47,770 nucleotides of DNA from Bacteroidales bacterium (GTDB lineage: Bacteria > Bacteroidota > Bacteroidia > Bacteroidales > UBA12077): NCBI GenBank assembly GCA_046545795.1, contig JBKGZD010000003.1, positions 1-47,770 of the forward strand. The letters are read 5' to 3'. This document shows positions 9,462 through 18,795 of this stretch, piece after piece. How positions within the stretch are numbered: position 1 is the stretch's first letter; the number at the start of each line of letters is the position of its first letter. The translations under genes and the position numbers were made by a program. Under the pieces are notes generated by a model, which was not told where the DNA came from, made no database searches, and saw only the letters and a program-made list of their open reading frames with translations.

Positions 9462-10349
9462 TTACTTCATCTCTTCAGGATACCATTCTTTCACAACATC
9501 TTTATTTTCTTCATACCATTTCTTTGCAGCTTCATATTCGTCATCCGATTTATCAACTGCTTCCATGAGCTCATAAAGATCATCTTCTTCTAAATTAAAG
9601 TTGCTAAAGAAATCAGCAAGTACAGGATGATCTTCTTTAAATCCTTTACGTGCAATAATTGCACAAACATCTTTTGGATAAATTTCTTCTGGATCTTCAA
9701 GATATTTCAGATCATAATCCGCCCACATTTGATGAGGCTTCCATCCTGTTACTACAACAGGTTCTTCTTTGTCATAATTACGCTTCAAAGAAGCCATCAT
9801 TGCAGATTCACTTGAAGTTACCTGTTTAAAATCAAGATCATATTCTTCAATAACTTTTTCGGTATTTCTGTGGATTCCTGCTCCACTACCAATACCGATA
9901 ATTTCACCGTCATAATCATCTACATGATCGTTCAGGTCTTCAATTGATTCGATATCAACATATTCAGGAACAACTAATCCAGTAGTACCATCACTAAAGG
10001 ATTCCCCTAACTTGTCAATATCGTCACCATATTTTTCCCAATAGTCTTCATGGGTATGCGGTAACCAGGCATCAAGCATCAGTTCTGCATCACCTTTAGC
10101 GATCGCTGCATAAATCGGACCTGGCTCAAGCGGAGTAATTTTTATATCATATCCTTTATCATCAAGAATTGCCTTAGCTAAATTTGTAAAAGCAATCCCC
10201 TCTGCCCAGTTAGGATATAAAATTTCAACCTGTTCTTTTTCTTTCTTGTCACCTTTTTTAGCTTCCTGTTTACATGCAGTAGTACCAAGTACTACAACAC
10301 TTACAAGAACTACCATTAAAGTTCTTAAATTCATTGTTAGTTTTTGCAT
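9462..10349 (-). CDS. proX: Glycine betaine ABC transporter substrate-binding lipoprotein (OpuAC/ProX type)
   Basis: Lipobox TTAC; NWAEG, DAWLP.TH, GLVVP.Y and GWKPH.MW motifs (Trp residues of the OpuAC-type binding cage). Confidence 0.9.
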   Translation of the reverse strand: MQKLTMNLRTLMVVLVSVVVLGTTACKQEAKKGDKKEKEQVEILYPNWAEGIAFTNLAKAILDDKGYDIKITPLEPGPIYAAIAKGDAELMLDAWLPHTHEDYWEKYGDDIDKLGESFSDGTTGLVVPEYVDIESIEDLNDHVDDYDGEIIGIGSGAGIHRNTEKVIEEYDLDFKQVTSSESAMMASLKRNYDKEEPVVVTGWKPHQMWADYDLKYLEDPEEIYPKDVCAIIARKGFKEDHPVLADFFSNFNLEEDDLYELMEAVDKSDDEYEAAKKWYEENKDVVKEWYPEEMK

Positions 10350-10403
10350 AGTTATTTCTCCTTTTTTTTGGTTAGTAAATTGGTCATATTATTTTTAAAA
10401 ATT

Positions 10404-11288
10404 TTATTCTTCTTCAGAGGACTGCGATCTAGAAACGCCTAAAGCTTGTGTCAGTCTATCCAGGAATATGGCAAGTATTACAATTCCCAAACCAGCTTCA
10501 AAACCCAGCGCCATATCTGCTTTAAGAATACCGCGGTAAACGGCCTGACCTAGTCCCCCTGCTCCTACCATCGAAGCAATAACCACCATTGATAGTGCAA
10601 GCATAATAACCTGGTTCACACCGGCTAATATTGTTGGCATTGCAAGTGGTATTTGTACTTTGTATAACAACTGCCTCTGTGTACATCCAAAAGCAAGTGA
10701 AGCTTCCACCACATCTTTCTGAACATTACGAATACCCAGATTAGTAAGTCGAACAGCCGGTGGCAGAGAAAACACAATTGTAGCAATTACTCCTGGTACA
10801 TTGCCTACACTAAAAAAGATAATAGCGGGAATAAGATAAACGAATGGAGGCAGTGTTTGCATAAAATCGAGAATCGGCCTGATAACTTGTTCCCCTGTAT
10901 CATGTCTTGAAGCATATATTCCCACTGGAATACCAATAACAAGAGCTATAAAAGCAGCAACAATAGTTAAAGCAATTGTTTGCATTGTTTCTTCCCAATA
11001 CCCCATAGCTAAAAGCAGCCATAAACCTAAAATAGTAAATATAAACATTCCTCCCCCAGCTTTCCAGCCAGATTTGGAAAAAGGTTTAAGTCCTTTAGAA
11101 TTCAGAGCATAAGAAATTATGGCAAAAATAATGATAACAACATATGGATTAGGGAACATTAAAGTATTTTCAAGTGCATCAACCATGGCATCAACACCTA
11201 CGGTAATTGCATCAAAAAAACCACCCGCACTGGCAGAAAGCCAATCAACACCTTGTTCCACCCATTTGCCTAATGGTATATTTATCAT
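10404..11288 (-). CDS. proW: Glycine betaine/proline ABC transporter permease (ProW/OpuAB)
   Basis: PILDFMQTLPPFVYLIP, RLTNLGIR, EAA-like loop VVEASLAFG, GVNQ.IMLALSMVVIASMVGAGGLG. Confidence 0.93.
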   Translation of the reverse strand: MINIPLGKWVEQGVDWLSASAGGFFDAITVGVDAMVDALENTLMFPNPYVVIIIFAIISYALNSKGLKPFSKSGWKAGGGMFIFTILGLWLLLAMGYWEETMQTIALTIVAAFIALVIGIPVGIYASRHDTGEQVIRPILDFMQTLPPFVYLIPAIIFFSVGNVPGVIATIVFSLPPAVRLTNLGIRNVQKDVVEASLAFGCTQRQLLYKVQIPLAMPTILAGVNQVIMLALSMVVIASMVGAGGLGQAVYRGILKADMALGFEAGLGIVILAIFLDRLTQALGVSRSQSSEEE

Positions 11289-12523
11289 AGGTCAATTCCT
11301 CCTTCTTTCTTTATTTGTTTAACTTCATTTCTTTCTATGCCTATCATTTCAGCTATCACGGAAGAATGAACAACGACTCCAATCAGTTTCCTGGTATCAT
11401 CTACAACCGCCAGGTTCAGGTCAGTGTCGAGGAATAGTGGCAGGAGTTCATTAATGGGTGTATCAGCAGTAACTGCTTTTACCTCTTCTTTTGTATACAT
11501 GTGTTCTTTAATATCTCTCATTCCCTTATCTTCCATCTCTTTCATATCGCTGTCTTTCACAAACCCCATAAATTTTCCATTCTCATCAATAACAGGCAAA
11601 GATGTAACCCCTGTATTGCTCATCTTTCTAATTGCAGCTCTTGGACCATCTTGTTTAATTCTCACACTTGCAGGATTTTTAAACATTATTGTGCCGGCGG
11701 TTACGATACCTCCTCTGTCAACATTCTCAACAAAGGCGCGTACATAATCATCTGCAGGATTTGTTAAAATTTCTTCCGGAGTTCCTACCTGAACGATGAA
11801 ACCATCTTTCATAATAGCAATTCTGTCACCCAGTTTAAGAGCCTCGTCAAGATCGTGGGTAATGAAAAGAATTGTTTTCTGCACTTTTTCCTGAAGCTGT
11901 AAAAGTTCATCCTGCATGTTATTTCGAATCAAGGGGTCAAGTGCACTGAAGGCCTCATCCATAAGCAGAATTTCAGGGTCTGTAGCTAAAGCTCTTGCCA
12001 GTCCTACTCTTTGTTGCATTCCACCGCTAAGCTGGCCGGTCATTTTTTCTTCATAACCTTCTAAACCAACTGTCTTAATGACATCATAAGCTTTATTTAT
12101 TCTTGTTTCCTGGTCTACTCCCTGAATTTCAAGGCCAAAAGCCACATTTGAGCTAACAGTTCTGTGAGGTAAAAGACCAAAGTGTTGAAATACCATGGTC
12201 ATCTTTTTCCTTCGGATATTGGTTCTTAAATCTTTGTCACTTGAATGAAGTATGTTGATTCCATCCACTTTAATATTTCCACTGGTAGGTTCAATCAACC
12301 TATTAAAGCATCTCAGTAAGGTTGACTTACCGCTTCCGGATAATCCCATCACCACAAATACTTCACCTTCCTCAATCTCAAGGCTGGCATTATTAACCCC
12401 TACAGTACATCCTGTCTTATGCAATATGTCGGTTTTGCTTTTACCTTGCTCAAGAAGTTTCTGTGCCTCTTTTACTCTCTTTCCAAAGATGACACTTAAA
12501 TTTTCAACTTGTATTTTACTCAT
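11285..12523 (-). CDS. proV: Glycine betaine/proline ABC transporter ATPase with CBS pair (ProV/OpuAA)
   Basis: Walker A GLSGSGKS, signature LSGGMQQR, LMDEAFSALDPLIR, THDLDEA and C-terminal CBS domains. Confidence 0.94.
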   Translation of the reverse strand: MSKIQVENLSVIFGKRVKEAQKLLEQGKSKTDILHKTGCTVGVNNASLEIEEGEVFVVMGLSGSGKSTLLRCFNRLIEPTSGNIKVDGINILHSSDKDLRTNIRRKKMTMVFQHFGLLPHRTVSSNVAFGLEIQGVDQETRINKAYDVIKTVGLEGYEEKMTGQLSGGMQQRVGLARALATDPEILLMDEAFSALDPLIRNNMQDELLQLQEKVQKTILFITHDLDEALKLGDRIAIMKDGFIVQVGTPEEILTNPADDYVRAFVENVDRGGIVTAGTIMFKNPASVRIKQDGPRAAIRKMSNTGVTSLPVIDENGKFMGFVKDSDMKEMEDKGMRDIKEHMYTKEEVKAVTADTPINELLPLFLDTDLNLAVVDDTRKLIGVVVHSSVIAEMIGIERNEVKQIKKEGGIDL

Positions 12524-12620
12524 AGGTAATTATTCTAATATGAACGATCATCAAATTTAGAGAAAATTTTTAATAATTAAAAAATAATTGGTATTGAAAT
12601 TATTATACTATCTATACTTC

Positions 12621-12660
12621 AAATGCTCCCCTACTGCATTTGGCAATTAGAGGAGCATTT
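12621..12660 (-). terminator. Intercistronic stem-loop between the porin gene and proV (partial terminator or mRNA stabiliser)
   Basis: AAATGCTCC...GGAGCATTT stem with further inner pairing, about 20 bp after the porin stop; no strong U-tract. Confidence 0.5.
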
Positions 12661-12678
12661 CAAAGATGTTATTTCTGT

Positions 12679-13980
12679 TTAAAAGTAATAACCTAAGTTG
12701 ATATTGAAACGAAGGTTCCAGTCCATATCATCTGTTGGTACTGGCGTGTTGATTTTTTCTGGTTCATCAGTGTAATAAGCAGCATCCTCATCCTCTCCCT
12801 GATAAAGTTGTCCTGCTCCAAAACCTGTTCCAAAATTATCCGTTAACCAGGCATGGTTTTTACCCATTGCAAAATCAACATAAGTATATACGCTACCTGC
12901 AGTTATCATAAAACCAGGAACTAACATATGTGAATCAGCAAAGTCATAGCTTTCCCCACCTAATTCAAGCTCACCATCTTTTGTCATTAGTGAATAATCA
13001 ATATATGGCTGAATATTGGTAATTGGTCCAATTTCAACAGGGATACTATAGGCAATTCCTGCTGAAAGTATATTTGCTCTTGCTGCTACACCATCACCAT
13101 AATATGGATCACCATAAGCTCCCATTTGGACTCTGTCGAGTGTTTCACCATCATCATTCTTGGCTGCATAATCGTAATTCACATATTGCAGTTTAAGGTT
13201 AAAATCGCTGAAATCTGAATTCATGTGAGCACCAATAGCATGTCCATATTCAGTTTCATCTAAATCTGAGTTATGGATTCCTTGCATTTGTCCTGAAAAA
13301 CCAATTTCAGTTCCTTCTGTTACCATATAGGCTATGCGCACATTGAATTGATTTAATTCACGAATTGAAGCTGGAGCATCTGATAATACACCATCCGCAT
13401 CTGGTATAATGTTATATGAATATGTTCCAGCGCCTGGACCACCAAATGATGCTTGACCATATGCAGGCCCTGTTGGCTCAGCTTGACGGAAATATGCAGC
13501 TTTAATGTTTAAATTGTCGCTTGCATTATAATCAAATTTAAATCCCATGTCGTAGTCATCCTCCAGTCCAACATAGTAAGGAGTAAGGAACCACCAACTG
13601 TGGGAGTTAAAGGTTAAATTACCAAAAGGTACCTGGGTTACCCCAAGTTGCAAGTTTAAGTCATCAGAAAAATCATAGCCTAAATAGCCGTGATGGATGA
13701 AATGCGTGTTGAAGGTTGGGTAGAAACGGTATTCAAAACTCAAATCAACTCCCCCCATAGTTCCATCTACGTTTAATCTCCAGGTATCCCACGTTGCATT
13801 GGTATTTAAGGTTGTGGGATCGGATTCGTACGAGGTGCTTAAAATATTGTAACGCATCGCTCCACCAAAAGTAAAACCATCTTCCTCTTCTTCCTCCTGC
13901 GCTAAAGAAGTAATAGGATTTAAGAAGAGTATAAGAACTAAAATTGAAAGTAAAGTCTTAAAAGAGTTTGTTGTTTTCAT
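12679..13980 (-). CDS. Putative outer-membrane beta-barrel (porin-like) protein, acidic
   Basis: Sec signal peptide (...ITSLA|QEEEEEDG), alternating amphipathic strands, C-terminal RFNINLGYYF beta-signal. Confidence 0.75.
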   Translation of the reverse strand: MKTTNSFKTLLSILVLILFLNPITSLAQEEEEEDGFTFGGAMRYNILSTSYESDPTTLNTNATWDTWRLNVDGTMGGVDLSFEYRFYPTFNTHFIHHGYLGYDFSDDLNLQLGVTQVPFGNLTFNSHSWWFLTPYYVGLEDDYDMGFKFDYNASDNLNIKAAYFRQAEPTGPAYGQASFGGPGAGTYSYNIIPDADGVLSDAPASIRELNQFNVRIAYMVTEGTEIGFSGQMQGIHNSDLDETEYGHAIGAHMNSDFSDFNLKLQYVNYDYAAKNDDGETLDRVQMGAYGDPYYGDGVAARANILSAGIAYSIPVEIGPITNIQPYIDYSLMTKDGELELGGESYDFADSHMLVPGFMITAGSVYTYVDFAMGKNHAWLTDNFGTGFGAGQLYQGEDEDAAYYTDEPEKINTPVPTDDMDWNLRFNINLGYYF

Positions 13981-14448
13981 AAGTTATAAATTTTAAAGGT
14001 TAGAATTTCAAAAAAAGTATTAAAATGTAAAAATTATATCTTCTGTACAAAACATATAATCAAAATCGATTTCAAATTTAACTAATATACAAAAAATTAA
14101 TTAACTCATTTTTAAAAGATTGTAATTTTCGAATTTACAAAATATAACTTTTATGTTAAATAATATTTGTTTCCCAAAAAGAAAAGCCACTCTTAAGGTC
14201 TTTACACAACATCGATATAATATAATTTCAAAATTAAGAGAAAATATGTTCTGTAAAACCTTCAGCATTTAGATACAAAAAAGACAAAATATTGTTCAAA
14301 GGAATAAAAACAGAAGAAGTTTAAACAGATTAAAGATATTTTTCTATTTCCAATAGCAACTCATTAGACAAATCATTCAGGAGGATATAGTGTAAAATAT
14401 AAATTACCAGGGAAGAATTATTAATAATCCCATTTCAAGGTACATATT

Positions 14449-14477
14449 AAAAAGAAAAACCCCGCGTTTGCGGGGTT
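14449..14477 (-). terminator. Intrinsic terminator of tRNA-Phe
   Basis: AACCCCGC-loop-GCGGGGTT stem followed on the minus strand by TTTCTTTT, immediately 3' of the tRNA. Confidence 0.8.
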
Positions 14478-14478
14478 G

Positions 14479-14551
<73 letters not shown>

Positions 14552-14570
14552 ATTTCTTAGTAAGCGATTG

Positions 14571-14600
14571 CAAAAGTAGTGAAAAAATTCATTCTACAAA
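14571..14600 (-). promoter_or_regulatory. Bacteroidota sigma-A promoter for tRNA-Phe
   Basis: TTTG-N18-TACTTTTG ending 19 bp before the mature tRNA. Confidence 0.7.
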
Positions 14601-14736
14601 ATTTTTTTCAATAAATCTTCTTTTTTGCTATTCATAGTGTTATTCGTATAATTATAACCAAATGTATATCAAAAAATTATTTTTGTTAAAACAATTTTTG
14701 CAGAAAAAAAATCAAAAGCAAAGTCACAAGTTTTTA

Positions 14737-14744
14737 TAATTTTG
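14737..14744 (+). promoter_or_regulatory. Possible -7 element (TAATTTTG) for the M16 peptidase/O-methyltransferase pair
   Basis: TAnnTTTG match, divergent from the tRNA promoter; AT-rich context makes a chance match possible. Confidence 0.35.
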
Positions 14745-14778
14745 CTCGATTTTAGCACTCAATTCAATATTTATTAAT

Positions 14779-14880
14779 ATGTTTATCTGAATTTTTCAAA
14801 GGTCATATGAAACCAACATTTAAACAAATAATTATTAAAATTTGTGGTTTTATAAATGATTTTTTACATGCAGGTATCGT
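14779..14880. repeat. Dispersed palindromic element, copy E (decayed)
   Basis: ATGTTTATCTGAATTTTTCAAAGGTCATATGAAAC matches the element tail. TTTGTG (spacer) and CATGCAGGTATCGT (vs CATGGACGTTTCAT) occur at the expected distances. Confidence 0.65.
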
Positions 14881-14916
14881 TCAATATATACAAATAAAAC
14901 CACAGGTTTTCATTTT

Positions 14917-16137
14917 ATGAATTACAACACACATATTTTAAGTAATGGACTCAAAGTCATCCATATTCCATCAGAGTCAGGCGTTGCACATTGCGGGTTA
15001 CTTATAAATGCAGGATCAAGGGATGAAAAGGATGAGGAGCAAGGTATTGCTCATTTTATTGAACACTTGATTTTTAAGGGAACCAGGAAAAGAAAAGCTT
15101 TCCATATTCTCTCCAGGATGGATGATGTAGGAGGTGAAATTAATGCATACACCAGTAAGGAAGAAACCTGTATATACACATCGTTTATTAAAGAGGAGTA
15201 CGCAAGAGCATTAGAATTGCTATCCGATATCGTATCAAACTCTGTCTTTCCTGTCAATGAAATGGATAAAGAACGTAATGTAATCATAGATGAGATTAAT
15301 TCATACCTGGATAATCCAGCAGAAGCAATATATGATGATTTTGAAGAACTTATTTTCAAGAATCAGCCTTTGGGTAAGAACATCCTTGGCACTCCTTCAA
15401 ACCTTAAAAAATTTACAAAAGCTGATATAGAAAATTTTATATCAAAAAATTATACTCCGGATCAAATGATTGTGGGTTTTGTGGGTAACATAAATTTCAC
15501 GAAGTTGATCCGCCTTGTGGAAAAATATTTTGGAGCGTTTAAAACGAATCATTCAGAAAAAACAAGAATACCATTCAAAGGTTATACTCCTTTAAATCAC
15601 ATAATCAAAAAAAATACCAATCAAGCACATTGCATGATTGGCACCATCGCTCATGATATGTATAGTCCTGAAACATATACAATGGCATTACTCGATAATT
15701 TAATAGGCGGACCGGGATTTAATAACCGTTTGAACATGCTGCTCCGCGAAAAACTGGGCTATGTTTACCATGTGGAATCGAACTACACCGCTTACTCTGA
15801 TGTAGGTTTATTTTCTGTTTATTTTGCTACAGAACACCAGAAGCTGGAAAAAACAATTGAGTATGTCATGAAAGAATTTAAAAACCTGAGGGAGAAAAAA
15901 CTCGGAACAATACAGCTAAGTAAAGCAAAAAAACAACTCTACGGCCAAATAGCAATTACAGCGGAAAATAAATCAGCATTAATGCTTTCAGCAAGTAAGA
16001 GTTTCCTGATGAAAAACAAAGTTGAATCATTAAAAAATATTCATGATAAAATTGAATCCATTACAGCGGAAAATATATTGGAAACAGCAAATAAAGTGCT
16101 TTATCCTGAGAATCTATCACAATTAATATATAAATAA
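14917..16137 (+). CDS. M16 family (pitrilysin/insulinase-like) zinc peptidase
   Basis: GSRDE, G.AHFIEH..FKGT (HxxEH), INAYTS.E.T, LREK.G.VY. Confidence 0.93.
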   Translation: MNYNTHILSNGLKVIHIPSESGVAHCGLLINAGSRDEKDEEQGIAHFIEHLIFKGTRKRKAFHILSRMDDVGGEINAYTSKEETCIYTSFIKEEYARALELLSDIVSNSVFPVNEMDKERNVIIDEINSYLDNPAEAIYDDFEELIFKNQPLGKNILGTPSNLKKFTKADIENFISKNYTPDQMIVGFVGNINFTKLIRLVEKYFGAFKTNHSEKTRIPFKGYTPLNHIIKKNTNQAHCMIGTIAHDMYSPETYTMALLDNLIGGPGFNNRLNMLLREKLGYVYHVESNYTAYSDVGLFSVYFATEHQKLEKTIEYVMKEFKNLREKKLGTIQLSKAKKQLYGQIAITAENKSALMLSASKSFLMKNKVESLKNIHDKIESITAENILETANKVLYPENLSQLIYK

Positions 16138-16785
16138 ATGTTACAATTGCCAGAAGAACTTGAAAGTTACCTCATTAATTATTCTGATAAAGAAGATAAG
16201 CTTTTATACGAGTTATACCGGGAAACCAATAAGAAAATACTTCACCCCAGAATGTTAAGTGGATATCTCCAGGGGAAGCTTATAGAAATGATTACTAAAA
16301 TGGTAAATCCTGAAAATGTTCTGGAAATAGGCACATATACAGGTTACTCAGCCATTTGTATTGCAAGAGGCTTAAGTAACAAAGGGAAACTATATACAAT
16401 AGAAATTAATGATGAGCTTGAAGATTTCATAAGACACTATTTTCGAAAATCCGGACTGGGAGAGAAAATATCGCTTCACATTGGAGATGCCAGGAAGATA
16501 ATTGAAGATTTTCATTTTAACTTTGATTTGATATTTATTGACGGAGATAAAAGAGAATACCCGGAATATTTAATAAAATGCAAGAATAAGCTTAATGCCG
16601 GTGGTTTTATAATTGCAGACAATGTCTTTTGGGACGGAAAAGTTTTAAATGAAAAACAAAACTCTGATCAACATACAAAAGGGATTAAAAAATTTAATGA
16701 TTTAGTGAATAAAGATGAATCGTTAGAAAATATAATTCTTCCATTGAGAGACGGTTTAAACATTATAAGAAAAAAGCCAGTGTGA
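16138..16785 (+). CDS. Class I SAM-dependent O-methyltransferase (Methyltransf_3)
   Basis: LEIGTYTGYS, FIDGDK..Y, IIADNV.W.G, LP.RDG. Abuts the upstream stop (TAAATG). Confidence 0.92.
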   Translation: MLQLPEELESYLINYSDKEDKLLYELYRETNKKILHPRMLSGYLQGKLIEMITKMVNPENVLEIGTYTGYSAICIARGLSNKGKLYTIEINDELEDFIRHYFRKSGLGEKISLHIGDARKIIEDFHFNFDLIFIDGDKREYPEYLIKCKNKLNAGGFIIADNVFWDGKVLNEKQNSDQHTKGIKKFNDLVNKDESLENIILPLRDGLNIIRKKPV

Positions 16786-17013
16786 ATGAATGAAAAACCA
16801 GGGAATACTATTTCAGCTTTTCATTCATCCCGGAAAACCTTATAAAATTACGTTTTCACTTCCCTTTCCAGATTTTCTCTTCCGGTCTGAAGGTTTTATC
16901 CGCTATGTTAATTGTTCCTCTAAAATCTGTAAGATATAAAATGAGTACCAACTTTTGCCCCATTTTCAATAAGGACAAAAACCAACCACTAAAAAAGAGC
17001 TGCCTGGTTTAAT

Positions 17014-17568
17014 TTACAGACCAATCCTTTCGCCAATTGATTTCATAGCGCCGAGTGAGATCTCAACAAACTCCTCCAAAGGTATCCCAATCTTTTCACA
17101 TTCTCTGATTGTATCCCTGTTAACAGAAGCAGCAAAAGCTTTTTCTTTCATCCTTTTCTTCACAGATTTGGGCTTTACGCTTTGAATCTTTTTATCAGGA
17201 TAAACCAATGCTGTTGCATAGATTAATCCTGTTATTGTTTCCCCTGCAGCAAGAGCGTGCTGAAATTCTGTTTTTCTTTCCTGCCCAGTGGCTTCTTCGT
17301 TATGCATTTTAATGGCATCAATACTTTCCTCATCAAGCCCTTTCTCTCTTAGGATATCGACAGCTACTAATGCATGACGTTGTGGATCTTTTTCGGTTAT
17401 CTCGGCATCTATGTCATGCAATAAACCTGCTATTGCCCATTGCTCTATATCCCTGTCTAAACGTTTTGCAAGGGCCTCCATCACGACTTCTGTTGCATAA
17501 CAATGGTATTTCATTTTCTCGTCTTTAATGTACTCATCTAAAAGTTTGTATGCCTCTTCTCTCGTCAT
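17014..17568 (-). CDS. HD/HDIG-domain metal-dependent phosphohydrolase
   Basis: H...TE..M, GLLHDID, HN, ETITGLI, SVKKRMKEKAFAASVNR. Start placed at ATG 17568. Confidence 0.88.
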   Translation of the reverse strand: MTREEAYKLLDEYIKDEKMKYHCYATEVVMEALAKRLDRDIEQWAIAGLLHDIDAEITEKDPQRHALVAVDILREKGLDEESIDAIKMHNEEATGQERKTEFQHALAAGETITGLIYATALVYPDKKIQSVKPKSVKKRMKEKAFAASVNRDTIRECEKIGIPLEEFVEISLGAMKSIGERIGL

Positions 17569-17589
17569 AACCAAAAAATTTTATTTGTT

Positions 17590-18600
17590 TTACTGAATTT
17601 GAAATATCCGAAAACCATAATGTTTCGAAAATAAAGAATTTCTCTGATATGTTCCATACAAATAATTGTCTTCAACGAGTAAAGTTTGATAACTCCTCTT
17701 ATTATCAGAAAAATCACTGATTTTAAATATATTCTCCTTATCTTCAACAGAAAAAATTTCTATTCCTCTCGTAGTTGCAACAAAAAGGTTATTTTCCTGT
17801 AGAAATAATCCATTGCACCTTCCTTCAGTCTCAATCTTTACATGAGTTCCAGGGTGTTCGGGCAAGTCCAGGCTTAACACCAATAAGGATTTCTTTCCGT
17901 TCGCCACAAAAGCATAGTCTTCATCTATAATCAAATCCTTAACCTCTCCTTCAGGAAAATATGTTCTTATAAAACCATCGCTTTTAAAATCTGTTATGGG
18001 CTTTTTATATGGTATAATTCTTATCCCGTCTTTTCCACATGCTGCATATAAATATCTGTTATGAAGGTCTAGTTTATTTACATAGATTCCACCCATATTT
18101 TTACGTGAAACCAGGGAGATATCTTTCAAATCTGAATAATCCACAGCTTCTACACCATTTCCCCATAGACCCAAAAAAGCATAATCCTTATATAGTAAAA
18201 ATTCATTAACGGGGATATGTCTATAGTAGACACCTTTTGTTACGGGTTTTACAGGATCGGAGAAGTCAATTATTTTAAATCCTAAATCTCCATGGGCAAT
18301 GTAGGCTGTATTGCCATCAAGCTGTACACTATTGACACTTCCATAAACTTTCCTGTAACTCCTCAGTTCATATTCTTTAAAAAGGTTTACTCTTTCAATA
18401 TTCAGGGGATTGGAAACATCAAAAATCAGCATACCTTTCTCTCCTAAGGGCCAAAAGAGTAAACTATCGGTAATATCCATCCGCCCATGGTTTATTTCCC
18501 CTGTATTTTGATAGAAATTCAAAGGCGTTAAATTCTGGGCTTCACTTATTTGAAACCCAAATAAAAAAACAAATAAAAGTAACCTGCTGCAAGATTTCAT
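17590..18600 (-). CDS. Secreted LVIVD-repeat (beta-propeller-like) protein
   Basis: Signal peptide; repeats LIFDVSNP, AYIA.G..GFKIIDFSDP, AFVANG...LLVL. Confidence 0.65.
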   Translation of the reverse strand: MKSCSRLLLFVFLFGFQISEAQNLTPLNFYQNTGEINHGRMDITDSLLFWPLGEKGMLIFDVSNPLNIERVNLFKEYELRSYRKVYGSVNSVQLDGNTAYIAHGDLGFKIIDFSDPVKPVTKGVYYRHIPVNEFLLYKDYAFLGLWGNGVEAVDYSDLKDISLVSRKNMGGIYVNKLDLHNRYLYAACGKDGIRIIPYKKPITDFKSDGFIRTYFPEGEVKDLIIDEDYAFVANGKKSLLVLSLDLPEHPGTHVKIETEGRCNGLFLQENNLFVATTRGIEIFSVEDKENIFKISDFSDNKRSYQTLLVEDNYLYGTYQRNSLFSKHYGFRIFQIQ

Positions 18601-18795
18601 TTCCTCAAGTTAAGTTTCGTAGAGGTTGTTATTAAAACTCGAATAATTCTGAATTATCCCTATCTCCGATAGCTTTTAATTCATAATTATAAAAATTGAT
18701 GACTAATGCAGACTAAAATAATCAATTTTCATGAGATTCCTATATCTTATTCAGCATTAATATGGTTTGAATTGTTTCTCAACTTTCCTCGAAAA

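Noticed and set aside
13981-14448. Possible riboswitch (e.g. c-di-AMP/ydaO) or sRNA in the long leader of the osmoprotectant operon
   Set aside because: Very AT-rich, with no recognisable conserved aptamer motifs or stable stems by eye.
16786-17013. Possible decayed small gene (a YSFYILQ-like stretch reminiscent of GIY-YIG) in the convergent gap
   Set aside because: Needs several stops and frameshifts to reconstruct; not distinguishable from chance without a search.
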